64,000 nt of DNA from the NCBI GenBank assembly GCA_034086705.1, contig JAXDZV010000022.1:912-64911 (forward strand), given 5' to 3'. The number at the start of each line of letters is the position of its first letter. The first letter of the stretch is position 1. The translations under genes were made by a program, and so were the position numbers. This DNA is from Eubacteriales bacterium. GTDB taxonomy: Bacteria > Bacillota > Clostridia > Oscillospirales > CAG-272. Shown in pieces: positions 36,048-46,281 of the stretch. The notes beneath the pieces are model-generated. The model was not told the origin of the DNA. It searched no databases and worked only from the letters and a program-made list of their open reading frames with translations.

Positions 36048-36106
36048 AATAAAAAACACCCCATTTCTTCGCAAATATGACTGCATATTTACAAAGAGAA
36101 ATGGGA
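36048..36106 (-). terminator. intrinsic terminator of the uvrC-rsmD-coaD operon
   Basis: On the minus strand: CCCATTTCT...AGAAATGGGG hairpin with an inner AAATATG/CATATTT stem, followed by TGTTTTTTATT. Confidence 0.7.
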
Positions 36107-36216
36107 TGCAGTTTTCCATTGCACGGAAAATACAAAGTGGTACACAAGCATATTAAATGACGTGCGTCCTATTTCAAACAAAAAATCACTTTGCTGGTTT
36201 GGCTGCCACTGCCCTG

Positions 36217-36702
36217 TTATCGGCAGAACATTTGCTGCTTTTTCAGTATTTGCGGTAAAGCTTCTGCAGGCACGGCGCCTTGCAAATCTTTGCCGTATCG
36301 AATCAGTTCACGCACATATGAAGAACTTATATACGAATACGCAGCACGAACCGGCAACAAGACCGTTTCGCAGTCACAGAGATGGTTGTTAATTTGCGCA
36401 AGAGAGATTTCATAGTCAGCATCCATCCCGTTGCGAATACCGCGCACCAACACACCATCCACGGATTTTACATAATCGGCAAGCAGGCCGTCCCATTTTT
36501 CAACATGTACCCGGCAAAGCGATTGCACCGATTGCTTTGCCATTACAAGCCGTTCCTCCGCTGTAAAAAGATAGTGCTTTTCCGCATTGTTACAAACCAG
36601 CAGCACTACATCTTCAAACATAGCACAGGTACGCATACATAAATCCAAATGTCCGATTGTAATTGGATCAAAGCTGCCGGCAAGTACTGCCTTTTTCACC
36701 AT
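36217..36702 (-). CDS. coaD: phosphopantetheine adenylyltransferase
   Basis: AVLAGSFDPITIGHLDL (T/HxGH motif), 161 aa. Confidence 0.92.
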   Translation of the reverse strand: MVKKAVLAGSFDPITIGHLDLCMRTCAMFEDVVLLVCNNAEKHYLFTAEERLVMAKQSVQSLCRVHVEKWDGLLADYVKSVDGVLVRGIRNGMDADYEISLAQINNHLCDCETVLLPVRAAYSYISSSYVRELIRYGKDLQGAVPAEALPQILKKQQMFCR

Positions 36703-37269
36703 TTACACATCCTCCTGCTTAGAAAGATAAAATAGATACATTCTGCCATAATGCGAGACTTTTGCAATACGAAAAACAGACAGTAACGGATCCTGCGGCT
36801 CCAGCAAAACAGATTGTTCGCTCTCACAGATAATTTTTCCGGTCGGTGCCAAAATATTTGCTCGTGCCAAGTTGCGTAGAACATCTGTGAGCATATGGGC
36901 ACCAAACGGTGGATCCAAATATATAAAATCAAACTTTTCGCGTCCGGCAGCACTGCGCAAATATTCTATATATGTGCAATTGCAAATACGGCAACGGTCA
37001 AAGAGTTTGGTGTGCTGCGCATTATTTTTTATGATCTTAATTGCCTCGACGTTGTTATCCACAAATACAGAAAGTGCTGCGCCGCGGCTAATTGCCTCCA
37101 AGCCGATTTGTCCACTACCGGAAAACAGGTCCAGAAAACGTGTTTGCGGCAAGTCAAAATGAATGGAACTAAAAACCGCTTCTTTTATGCGCTCAGCTGT
37201 TGGTCTGGTAACGAGTCCTGGAAGTGTTTCAAGTTTCGCGCCTCGTGCGCAACCAGTAATAATTCTCAT
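36703..37269 (-). CDS. rsmD: 16S rRNA (guanine966-N2)-methyltransferase RsmD
   Basis: MRIITGCARGAKLETLPGLVTRPTAERIKEAVFS, DLFSGSGQIGLEA, and DPPF motifs. Confidence 0.88.
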   Translation of the reverse strand: MRIITGCARGAKLETLPGLVTRPTAERIKEAVFSSIHFDLPQTRFLDLFSGSGQIGLEAISRGAALSVFVDNNVEAIKIIKNNAQHTKLFDRCRICNCTYIEYLRSAAGREKFDFIYLDPPFGAHMLTDVLRNLARANILAPTGKIICESEQSVLLEPQDPLLSVFRIAKVSHYGRMYLFYLSKQEDV

Positions 37270-39113
37270 GTAGTTGTGCTTCCACCCTTCTGCTGAAAAT
37301 ATGCGACAACTGCCGCACTATCTTGCTTGCTGATGCCGGGAACCGATGCAATTTCTTCTTCGTTCGCATTTCGCAGAGCCCCTAAAGAGCCGAAATGCCT
37401 GAGAAGTCGTTTGGCTTTGGCATCCCCTATGCCGCGAATCTCAGTCAAAGAAGAATGCCGCAAGGTTTTCTGCTTTGCAGCACGCATGCGTCCTACACTG
37501 TATCTGTGCACTTCTTCCTGAATACGATATATCAATGAAAAAACAGAGGATTCATTAGCAATATTTATTTCATGATCTCCATCTGTCAAAGTTCTTGTCT
37601 TGTGAAAATCATCTTTTACCATGCCAAATACCGGAAGCTGAATCCCTGCCTGCCGCATTCCTTCCAATGCAGCACTAACCTGCCCAGCGCCACCGTCAAC
37701 CAGCAGCAGATCAGGTGCCTGCTTGGAAAAAGAAGAATCCTTGTTTTGTAAATGCAGCATTCGCCGCCGGATCGCCTCGCGCATAGATGCGAAATCATCG
37801 GCATGTGTAGTTTCCGTGATACGAAATGTTCGATATTCTGCCTTACAAGGCTTTCCATCACAAAAAACTACCATGCCCGCTGTAATATGCTCGCTCCCGT
37901 AGTTTGAAATGTCAAACGCCTCAATTCTCTGCGGCATCGCTTCTAACTGTAAAAGACTTGCAAGCCGTATCAAAACCGTTTCATTTTTTTCAGCTTCCCG
38001 TCGAAACAAAGCTGCCTGCTCTGCCGCATTTTCTTTTGCCATGGCACATAAAGCTCTCGCATCACCGCGTCTTGGGACACGGATATACACGCGCCGCTTG
38101 GCTTTTTCAGACAGCAACTGGCTAAGCAGTTGCATATCTTCTCCAAACAAATCGTCTGTCAATAAGATTTCGCGCGGTAAATCCTCTCGTGCGGCATAGT
38201 ATCCGAGCAAAAAGGATGCAATTCCGTCTTTCTCCAAAATACTATCCGCGCCAAATCGGAAGGCTGTATGATCTGTCAGCACACCTCCGCGAACGGTAAA
38301 CACGGATATCACCGAACAAAAAGTATCGCTGTAAGAAGCGAATACGTCTTGATTGGAATCCGGTGCAGCAATCACTTTTTGTTTTTGCCACAGAGCATTT
38401 AAAGCCCGGATACGGTCTCTGTATTTTGCTGCTGCTTCAAACGAAAGCTGTGCGGCACTTTGCTCCATAGCGTGCTGCAGCTCTGCTTGCAAGTTTCTGA
38501 AATTTCCGCGCAATACCTCTGCAGCTGCCAGCGCATTCTCATGATATTCCTCTTGTGACACCAGCCCAGTACAGGGTGCACAACATTGTCCGATTTGTGC
38601 ATATAAACACGGCCGGACTTTTCCGAAATCCCGCGGAAACACATGGCGACAACTTTGTAAATGAAAACTCTTAGTAAGTGTGCGAATAATTGACCATACG
38701 GCAGAGGTACCAGAATACGGGCCAAAATAACGTGCCCCGTCATCTACCCGTTTGCGTACCATATCAAGCGTCGGATACGACTGGTGTAAATCCAGCCGTA
38801 TATAGGGATAGTTTTTATCGTCCTTGAGTCGGATATTATACTTAGGTGCGTGTAACTTGATCATTGCATTTTCAAGCGTTAGCGCTTCCATCTCGGAGTC
38901 CGTCAAAATATAAGAAAAGTCACTGACTTTTGAAAGCATGCGTACGGTCTTGGGGGTATGTTCTGCCGCCGGTTGAAAATAAGAGCTGACACGATTTTTC
39001 AGCGCCTTCGATTTTCCAACGTAAATGATATCCCCCGCTGCATCCTGCATCAAATATACACCGGCAGAAAGCGGCAGTTCATTCGCTTTTTGCAATAACT
39101 GCGCATGCGTCAT
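37266..39113 (-). CDS. uvrC: excinuclease ABC subunit C
   Basis: GIY-YIG (GVYLMQDAAGDIIYVGKSKALKNRVSSY), UVR domain, RNase H-like endonuclease domain, and a C-terminal (HhH)2. ATG at 39113 is preferred over the upstream TTG at 39140. Confidence 0.9.
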   Translation of the reverse strand: MTHAQLLQKANELPLSAGVYLMQDAAGDIIYVGKSKALKNRVSSYFQPAAEHTPKTVRMLSKVSDFSYILTDSEMEALTLENAMIKLHAPKYNIRLKDDKNYPYIRLDLHQSYPTLDMVRKRVDDGARYFGPYSGTSAVWSIIRTLTKSFHLQSCRHVFPRDFGKVRPCLYAQIGQCCAPCTGLVSQEEYHENALAAAEVLRGNFRNLQAELQHAMEQSAAQLSFEAAAKYRDRIRALNALWQKQKVIAAPDSNQDVFASYSDTFCSVISVFTVRGGVLTDHTAFRFGADSILEKDGIASFLLGYYAAREDLPREILLTDDLFGEDMQLLSQLLSEKAKRRVYIRVPRRGDARALCAMAKENAAEQAALFRREAEKNETVLIRLASLLQLEAMPQRIEAFDISNYGSEHITAGMVVFCDGKPCKAEYRTFRITETTHADDFASMREAIRRRMLHLQNKDSSFSKQAPDLLLVDGGAGQVSAALEGMRQAGIQLPVFGMVKDDFHKTRTLTDGDHEINIANESSVFSLIYRIQEEVHRYSVGRMRAAKQKTLRHSSLTEIRGIGDAKAKRLLRHFGSLGALRNANEEEIASVPGISKQDSAAVVAYFQQKGGSTTT

Positions 39114-39250
39114 TTCGATTGTGCACTCCTTTCCGCACAAAAGGATTCAGCATAAAAAAACAGCCCACATATGCAGCGCAGGCGAAAACGTCCCCACCGG
39201 ACCATCCGTCTTTTCCAGCGTATGTAAGCTGTTCAAAATGATAAAGCAAC

Positions 39251-39514
39251 TCAGTCGCCAAACCCGGTGGAAACAAGCTCCTCAAGACCGTTCAGCGCCT
39301 CAACCTCATCCTGCCCGTCCGCAATCAATGTGATCTGCATGCCTTGCGTAACCCCTAGGGAAAGAACCCCTAATAGGCTTTTTGCATTGACGCGTCTATC
39401 ATCTTTTTCAACCCAAATTGAACTTTTGTAGGAATTTGCTTTCTGAATAAAAAACGTTGCAGGTCTGGCGTGCAGACCAACATTGTTCTGAATGGTAATA
39501 TTGCGAGATATCAT
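39251..39514 (-). CDS. ptsH: HPr-family phosphocarrier protein
   Basis: 87 aa with GLHARPA (His15) and NAKSLLGVLSLG (Ser46 region). AGGAG lies 7 nt upstream of the ATG. Confidence 0.85.
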   Translation of the reverse strand: MISRNITIQNNVGLHARPATFFIQKANSYKSSIWVEKDDRRVNAKSLLGVLSLGVTQGMQITLIADGQDEVEALNGLEELVSTGFGD

Positions 39515-39774
39515 GGTATTTCTCCTATTCCTCGTTTTACGCGTCTTTTTTTCATATGCACGAATCCAACTATTAAACACATGTATTATAACAAGGGATG
39601 CGTTTAAAATCAATACTTTTCTTAAATTTCTTGAAAATAATTTTTGAAATATAGCGAAAAAAAGGGGGCAATACCGTTCTTTGGCAGGCAAATTTACAAA
39701 ATTGGACTTTTCAGGAACCGCTCGGTATGGTATAATGACAATCACATAGAAGAAAACGCTGGAGTAAAAAAACA

Positions 39775-41772
39775 ATGACAAAAAAAACACTCCCTGCCGA
39801 ATACGGCGACCAAAGTATCACTTCTTTGCGCGGTGCAGACCGTGTACGCAAACGGCCTGCCGTCATGTTCGGCTCAGACGGTATTGAGGGATGCGAGCAT
39901 TCATTTTTTGAAATTTTATCCAACGCAGTAGATGAAGCACGTGAAGGATTTGGCAATGAAATTCTGATTACGGTCGGCAAAGACCATTCCTTACGCGTTG
40001 AAGACTTTGGTCGAGGTGTTCCGCTGGATTACAATGAAGCAGAAGGCAGATATAACTGGGAGCTTGTATACTGTGAACTATATGCAGGTGGAAAGTATAA
40101 CAACAACAGTTCGGATTCCGCTTATGAGTATTCACTGGGGCTCAACGGCTTAGGAGCTGCTGCCACACAATATGCTTCTGCGCATATGACAGTGCAATCT
40201 TTTCACCATGGTAAAGTATACGAGATGCGCTTTGAGAACGGTGAGCCGTGCGGCGAAATGCAGGTACGGCAACAGGAAAAAAAGGACAAAAAGTCTGGCA
40301 CAGTGGTTTTCTGGCTACCGGATCTATCTGTCTTTACAGATATTGCAATACCGCGTACTTATTTTTTAGATGTTTTGAAAAAACAGGCAATTGTTAATGC
40401 AGGACTTCGCTTTTCCCTCTCATTTGAGCAGGCTGACGGCACTGTGCTGCATGACGATTTTCTATATCCAAAAGGCATTGCGGATTATGTCAGTGAAATT
40501 GCCGGTGACAATTCTCTGACAAAACCCGTTCTATGGCAAATGGAAGGAACCGGCCGCGACCGTGTGGATAAAAGCGATTATAAACTGAAAGCATCGATCG
40601 CATTTTGCTTTTCTAACGCGGTCAATATGCTTGAATATTATCACAATTCAAGCTTTTTGGAGCATGGTGGATCCCCTGATAAAGCGGTACGAACTGCATT
40701 TACTTTCGCTATCGATCAATATCTGAAAAATAACGGGAAATACAATAAAAACGAATCCAAAATTACATTTGCCGATATTGAGGACAGCCTAATCCTGGTT
40801 ATCAACAGTTTTTCCACAATGACTTCGTATGCAAATCAGACAAAAAAAGCCATTTCCAATCCGTTTATTGCGCAAGCGTTGACCGATTTTTTAAAGCATT
40901 CTCTGGAGATTTACTTTGCAGAAAACCCACAACAGGCAGATGCCCTCTCCATGCAAGTGCTGGTTAATAAACGTAGTCGGGAGACAGCGGAAAGTACCCG
41001 TATCAACATCAAAAAGAAACTCACCGTGACTATCGATGCAGCTAATCGTGTTGAAAAATTCGTCAACTGCCGCTCAAAGGATCCAAATCTGCGCGAGTTG
41101 TACATCGTTGAAGGTGATTCTGCGCTAACCTCCTGCAAACTGGGACGTGCCGCTGAATTTCAGGCAATCATCCCGGTACGCGGCAAAACATTGAACTGTT
41201 TGAAAAGCAGCTACGATAAAATTTTTAAAAGTGAAATTATTGTGGACTTGCTACGCGTAATCGGATGCGGGGTTGAAGTAAAAACAAAATCCAAAAGTGA
41301 TATGGCGGTGTTTGATCTGTCTTTGTTGCGCTGGTCGAAAATAATCATATGTACTGACGCCGACGAAGACGGATATCAAATCCGAACTCTTCTGCTTACA
41401 CTGTTTTATCGCCTTTTACCGACGCTGATTCGTATTGGCAAAATTTATATAGCAGAGTCGCCCCTGTATGAGCTTACCTGCAAGGATCAAACTTTTTTTG
41501 CCTACAATGAAGAAGAAAAAGCAGCATACATTACACAGTTTGGTAACGCAAAATATACCATACAGCGTTCCAAAGGACTGGGAGAAAATGAGCCGGAAAT
41601 GATGTGGCAAACAACAATGAACCCTGTAACACGGCGATTGATCCAGGTATGCCAGGCAGATGCTGCCGCTACTTCACGTATCTTTGAGACTTTGCTCGGT
41701 GACGATTTGGAAGGAAGAAAATCTTTTATTGCATTGCACGGCAGCGAATATGTGAAAGAGGCTGACATTTAA
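39775..41772 (+). CDS. parE: type IIA DNA topoisomerase subunit B (ParE-like; a GyrB paralogue is not excluded)
   Basis: GHKL ATPase (EILSNAVDEA, GLNGLGAAA), Toprim (YIVEGDSA, IICTDADEDGYQI). 665 aa with no long GyrB-type insert. Confidence 0.8.
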   Translation: MTKKTLPAEYGDQSITSLRGADRVRKRPAVMFGSDGIEGCEHSFFEILSNAVDEAREGFGNEILITVGKDHSLRVEDFGRGVPLDYNEAEGRYNWELVYCELYAGGKYNNNSSDSAYEYSLGLNGLGAAATQYASAHMTVQSFHHGKVYEMRFENGEPCGEMQVRQQEKKDKKSGTVVFWLPDLSVFTDIAIPRTYFLDVLKKQAIVNAGLRFSLSFEQADGTVLHDDFLYPKGIADYVSEIAGDNSLTKPVLWQMEGTGRDRVDKSDYKLKASIAFCFSNAVNMLEYYHNSSFLEHGGSPDKAVRTAFTFAIDQYLKNNGKYNKNESKITFADIEDSLILVINSFSTMTSYANQTKKAISNPFIAQALTDFLKHSLEIYFAENPQQADALSMQVLVNKRSRETAESTRINIKKKLTVTIDAANRVEKFVNCRSKDPNLRELYIVEGDSALTSCKLGRAAEFQAIIPVRGKTLNCLKSSYDKIFKSEIIVDLLRVIGCGVEVKTKSKSDMAVFDLSLLRWSKIIICTDADEDGYQIRTLLLTLFYRLLPTLIRIGKIYIAESPLYELTCKDQTFFAYNEEEKAAYITQFGNAKYTIQRSKGLGENEPEMMWQTTMNPVTRRLIQVCQADAAATSRIFETLLGDDLEGRKSFIALHGSEYVKEADI

Positions 41773-41791
41773 AGAGGAAGGAGTTTTCCAC

Positions 41792-44011
41792 ATGGCAAAG
41801 AAAAAAAAGGCAGAGGTCGCCACACAAAATCTTCCGCCTCGCCCGCCGATTCAGCAACCCATTGTCGATACCATTGAAAAAAATTATATGCCCTATGCAA
41901 TGAGCGTAATCATTTCGCGCGCCATTCCAGAGATTGACGGGTTTAAGCCTGCACACAGGAAATTACTGTACACAATGTATAAGATGGGGCTGCTCACCGG
42001 GCACCGTACAAAAAGTGCAAATGTTGTCGGGCAAACTATGCGTCTAAATCCACATGGAGATGCGTCAATTTATGAGACTATGATGCGTTTGACGCGCGGC
42101 TATGAGGCTCTGCTGCATCCGTTCGTTGATTCCAAAGGAAGCTTCGGAAAACAATATAGTCGCGACATGGCATGCGCTGCCTCGCGCTATACAGAAGTGA
42201 AATTAGACGCTTTTTCTGCTGAACTTTTCCGTGGCATAGATAAAAATGCCGTGGATATGGTAGATAACTATGACAGCACAATGCAAGAGCCCGTTCTTCT
42301 GCCGACCTCTTTCCCAAACATTCTTGTAACCCCCAATCTCGGCATCGCCGTTGGTATGTCCAGTTCCATCTGTCCATTCAATCTCGCAGAGATCTGTGAC
42401 GGAACTATCGCGCTGTTGCAAAATCCGAATCTCACTATTTCTGAATTAATGGAGAAAATTCTTGCACCGGATTTTCCGGGCGGCGCTTCCATCATTTATA
42501 ATAAGAGTCAAATGCACGACGTTTTTCGCACAGGACAGGGACAAATCCCACTGCGTGCGAAATATCGGTATAACAAAGATGCAAACTGCATTGAGATTCT
42601 TGAAATTCCCTATTCGACATCGGTAGAACTTATTATAAAACGAATATCTGAACTGATTAAAGACGGAAAGCTGCGCGAAGTAACGGACTGCAGAGACGAA
42701 ATTGATCTTTCGGGTTTTATGCTGACACTTGATCTAAAGCGCGGCACAGACCCGGATTTACTCATGGCAAAGCTATATAAGCTGACGCCATTACAGGACA
42801 ATTTTTCCTGCAATTTTAACGTGTTAATCGGTTCAACACCGCGTCAAATGGGTATTTTAGAAATTTTACAGGAATGGATTTCTTTTCGTATCGGGTGTTT
42901 GCGCAGAGAGTTGGCATTCGAACTGGGCAAAAAAAAGGATAAGCTTCATCTTTTGTTGGGCCTTGGGAAAATATTGCTTGATATTGACCGCGCCATTGCC
43001 ATCATTCGCGGTACACAAAACGATGCCGATGTCATTCCGAATCTGATGCGCGGCTTTGATATCGATGAAGTGCAAGCAAATTTTATCGCAGAAATTAAAC
43101 TGCGAAACCTTAACCGGGAATATATACTCAACCGTATTCGAGAAATAGAAGATCTGCAAACAGAGATTGCTTCTTTAGAAAAAACGATTGCAAGTGATAC
43201 GCTGATCAAAAAAGAAATAGCTAAACAACTGACAACCATCAAACAGACATATGCAAAACCGCGACGCAGCGACTTAATTTATCCACAACAAATCACGCAA
43301 TACGATGAAAGCGAGCATGTAGAAAACTACAACTGCCGTATTTTATTAACGCATGAGGGATATTTCAAAAAAATTACACTGCAGTCATTGCGAGGCAGCG
43401 ATGAACAAAAACTCAAGGAAAACGATTTCATCGTTTTCTCTGAGGAGACGGATAACCTACCGCAGCTACTGTTTTTTACAGATCGCGGACAAGTTTATAA
43501 AGCTTGGCTGCGGGATTTTGACTGTGTCAAAGCCTCTTCTTTGGGCGATTATATTCCGGCGAAACTCAATTTTGAAGATGGCGAACGCGTGGTTGGCATG
43601 AAAAGTGTCAGTGCCTATACAGACGATGGCAATTTCACCTTTATATTCAGCAACGGCAAAGGCGTGCGAATCTCCATGCGGCAGTACGAAACAAAATCCA
43701 ATCGGCGAAAGCTTACAAGTGCTTTTTCTTCAGCTTCTGCCTGCGTAGGCGCCTTCTATACGGAGCAAGCAACTGATATTTTACTTATTTCCGATCAAAA
43801 CCGTGCCATGCTACTTTCATCTGATAAAATTCCACTGAAGGCAACCAGAACTGCAGGTGGTGTACAACTTATGACCCTAAAAGGCACTCACACCGTAGTA
43901 TACGCATTGGCCGAGGCGAACAAATATCATCAAAATTTGCAACAGATACAACAATACAAAAAGAATAAGATTCCATCTGCCGGCTCTCCTTTTACGGAAA
44001 CGGTTGAATAA
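41792..44011 (+). CDS. parC: type IIA DNA topoisomerase subunit A (ParC-like)
   Basis: RAIPEIDGFKPAHRKLLY, catalytic-Tyr region AASRYTE, and a C-terminal beta-pinwheel. 739 aa. Confidence 0.8.
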   Translation: MAKKKKAEVATQNLPPRPPIQQPIVDTIEKNYMPYAMSVIISRAIPEIDGFKPAHRKLLYTMYKMGLLTGHRTKSANVVGQTMRLNPHGDASIYETMMRLTRGYEALLHPFVDSKGSFGKQYSRDMACAASRYTEVKLDAFSAELFRGIDKNAVDMVDNYDSTMQEPVLLPTSFPNILVTPNLGIAVGMSSSICPFNLAEICDGTIALLQNPNLTISELMEKILAPDFPGGASIIYNKSQMHDVFRTGQGQIPLRAKYRYNKDANCIEILEIPYSTSVELIIKRISELIKDGKLREVTDCRDEIDLSGFMLTLDLKRGTDPDLLMAKLYKLTPLQDNFSCNFNVLIGSTPRQMGILEILQEWISFRIGCLRRELAFELGKKKDKLHLLLGLGKILLDIDRAIAIIRGTQNDADVIPNLMRGFDIDEVQANFIAEIKLRNLNREYILNRIREIEDLQTEIASLEKTIASDTLIKKEIAKQLTTIKQTYAKPRRSDLIYPQQITQYDESEHVENYNCRILLTHEGYFKKITLQSLRGSDEQKLKENDFIVFSEETDNLPQLLFFTDRGQVYKAWLRDFDCVKASSLGDYIPAKLNFEDGERVVGMKSVSAYTDDGNFTFIFSNGKGVRISMRQYETKSNRRKLTSAFSSASACVGAFYTEQATDILLISDQNRAMLLSSDKIPLKATRTAGGVQLMTLKGTHTVVYALAEANKYHQNLQQIQQYKKNKIPSAGSPFTETVE

Positions 44012-44028
44012 TCTATAGGAGGTTTCTC

Positions 44029-44427
44029 ATGGAAAGAAAACGCATTTTAATACCGTTGATTTCTTTGCTCATCGCAGCTATACCGACACTTTTTGCAGTG
44101 CGTTCCGTTGCAGAACAGATATCCGGAACGGATCTTCTGGTAACGGAAAGTTATGTAGAACAAGCCGTCACATTTCAGCCCGTGTTTGTGCCTACAGGGA
44201 AAACACTGAGCGGAAAATGCGAGTTCATTCTCCGCAGCGGTACTGCGACAGCCTATTGCCCCGGAACTGACGGCATCGCCGATATGACCGCAGGAATGGA
44301 CATTCAGAATGGTGTGGCCATACAATACAACCATTCTTGCAATATTCCAAGAGATGATGGAAGAGGCGTAACCGTGCAGCGGGGTGCATGGTTTATGCTG
44401 CGCGGCAGTTACCGCATTTCAGATTAA
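44029..44427 (+). CDS. hypothetical secreted or membrane-anchored protein
   Basis: Good SD (AGGAGG). N-terminal signal/anchor ILIPLISLLIAAIPTLFAV. 132 aa with no recognised motif. Confidence 0.55.
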   Translation: MERKRILIPLISLLIAAIPTLFAVRSVAEQISGTDLLVTESYVEQAVTFQPVFVPTGKTLSGKCEFILRSGTATAYCPGTDGIADMTAGMDIQNGVAIQYNHSCNIPRDDGRGVTVQRGAWFMLRGSYRISD

Positions 44428-44456
44428 GGCCCAATATAGAAAGGCGAGCAGAAAGC

Positions 44457-46280
44457 ATGAAAAAAAGAACCCCTTTTGTACGGATTATGGCAATTTTTCT
44501 TGCTGTTTTGATGCTGCTTGGCGGCGTCATCCTGATTCTTCAGCTTTTCCCGCTGCAAAGCTATGCAATGAGCGCAGAAGAGTATGAAGCAAAACAAATA
44601 CGCGTTGGCTTTGACTATGGTACAAACGGCGTTGTTCCTGCCTTTACACTTTCCAGTAGTACCGGATTTGTCATAGGAAATACCGGAAGTACCGGGCGGG
44701 AATTTTATCCGCTGTATGCACTTGATGCCACTACGATCAGCGCCGCCATTGACGACAATCTCACAGTTAAAAATGGCGAATATGCATCTGCCAATAGCAG
44801 CAGTTGCATCATCGGGGGATATCATTTGCAGTTGAGCAACACGTATTCTTCTGCACAAGATGTTCGCGCAGCAATCGATACACTCCGTGCAACATTGCAA
44901 GAAAAAGGCCTATACAATGCCTTAATTTATCCCTTTCCTGCCCGTATTGGGCAAACTTACACAATCCGCATCGGTGACTTCGGATCCGCAAGCAGCGCCA
45001 GCAGCCGTATCGCTGCATTGCAAAATGCAACCGGCGCGCAGCTACAAGTTGTCGCTCCGGACAGCACAATCGTGAGCTATATCAACAAAGACAAAAATGT
45101 TGTGCTTTTTGAGTTTTCAACAAATGACGGAATTTACAGCGCGGTGCAAAGTGCAAGTGGCGGCTCCATGCAGCGCACAAGCGGCCGCAGCTATGCGGGA
45201 AATATTGAATTTGCACGTTCTTATGGTCTTTTACGGGTTGTCAACATCGTGCCGATTGAAACTTATGTGGAAGGTGTGCTCCCATATGAGGTAAGCAATA
45301 CATGGCCTGTGGAATCGCTGAAGGCCTTTGCCATTTGCGTGCGTTCTTACGCGTTCGCTACCGGCAAACACAAGGGATACGGCATCGATCTTTGCAACGA
45401 CACCTGCTGTCAAGCTTACCGCGGTACCGGCTCTGTCAATGCAGCAGTTCGTACTGCGGTTCAGCAGACAAAAGGAATCGTTATGACATACGGCAATACA
45501 ATTTGTACGGCAATGTATACTGCTGTCAGTGGCGGCTGCACCGTGGATGCATTTGATTTGTACGGTTTATCGGATGTACCCTATATGAAAGCTGTGCAAA
45601 CACCATGGGAGGAGTATGAGCAACATCCCAAAGGCCTTTGGACAGATACTGTCAGCGGGCACGATTTATATGTATATTTGCGCGATGTCAAGGGATGCAC
45701 CGAGTTTACGAACGATATTGTAGACATTCGCATTAACAAGCTTGCAAACAATTCAACATATGTCAACTCTATTACCATCCGCGATGCTGACGGACATGAA
45801 AAAACCGTTAATTATACATACCGCGTATATACCATGCTGGCACGCTATACTAACTGTGCAAATTTTGTGATATATCACAATGGAGAGCTGCGGGGGGGGG
45901 CTTTCGGTTATCCTATCCATACAGCGCAAGGAATACAAATGCTTTCCCCAAATGCAGACGGTAGCTTACAAATACGTACCGCGAATGAAGTACTGACCGT
46001 TGACGGCTCAGCGCTTTTTGCACGCAGTGCCACAGATGAAATCATGCTAATTCCGTCCGAAAATCAAATTCCGCAAATCGGAATAGACGCTATGAATGCT
46101 GCTAACACAAATGAGTTTGTCTTTATCGGAAAAGGATGGGGGCATGGATGTGGGCTGTCACAATGGGGTGCACTGAATTATGCACAGCGCGGTGCAGACT
46201 ATGTAACCATTCTGCGTGCTTACTTTACCGATATTCAACTGGAAAAGTATACCGATTTTATAAACCGTATCGGAGGCTGA
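44457..46280 (+). CDS. SpoIID/LytB-domain protein
   Basis: Signal anchor, then the SpoIID signature VPIETYVEGVLPYEV...ESLKAFAICVRSYA...CNDTCCQAYRG...MYTAVSGG. Contains a G9 run at 45892..45900. Confidence 0.85.
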   Translation: MKKRTPFVRIMAIFLAVLMLLGGVILILQLFPLQSYAMSAEEYEAKQIRVGFDYGTNGVVPAFTLSSSTGFVIGNTGSTGREFYPLYALDATTISAAIDDNLTVKNGEYASANSSSCIIGGYHLQLSNTYSSAQDVRAAIDTLRATLQEKGLYNALIYPFPARIGQTYTIRIGDFGSASSASSRIAALQNATGAQLQVVAPDSTIVSYINKDKNVVLFEFSTNDGIYSAVQSASGGSMQRTSGRSYAGNIEFARSYGLLRVVNIVPIETYVEGVLPYEVSNTWPVESLKAFAICVRSYAFATGKHKGYGIDLCNDTCCQAYRGTGSVNAAVRTAVQQTKGIVMTYGNTICTAMYTAVSGGCTVDAFDLYGLSDVPYMKAVQTPWEEYEQHPKGLWTDTVSGHDLYVYLRDVKGCTEFTNDIVDIRINKLANNSTYVNSITIRDADGHEKTVNYTYRVYTMLARYTNCANFVIYHNGELRGGAFGYPIHTAQGIQMLSPNADGSLQIRTANEVLTVDGSALFARSATDEIMLIPSENQIPQIGIDAMNAANTNEFVFIGKGWGHGCGLSQWGALNYAQRGADYVTILRAYFTDIQLEKYTDFINRIGG

Positions 46281-46281
46281 C

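Noticed and set aside
35783-36064. 93-aa minus-strand ORF in the HAD/coaD intergenic region.
   Set aside because: It reads through the HAD terminator hairpin into the antisense of the HAD gene, and its start lies inside the coaD terminator.
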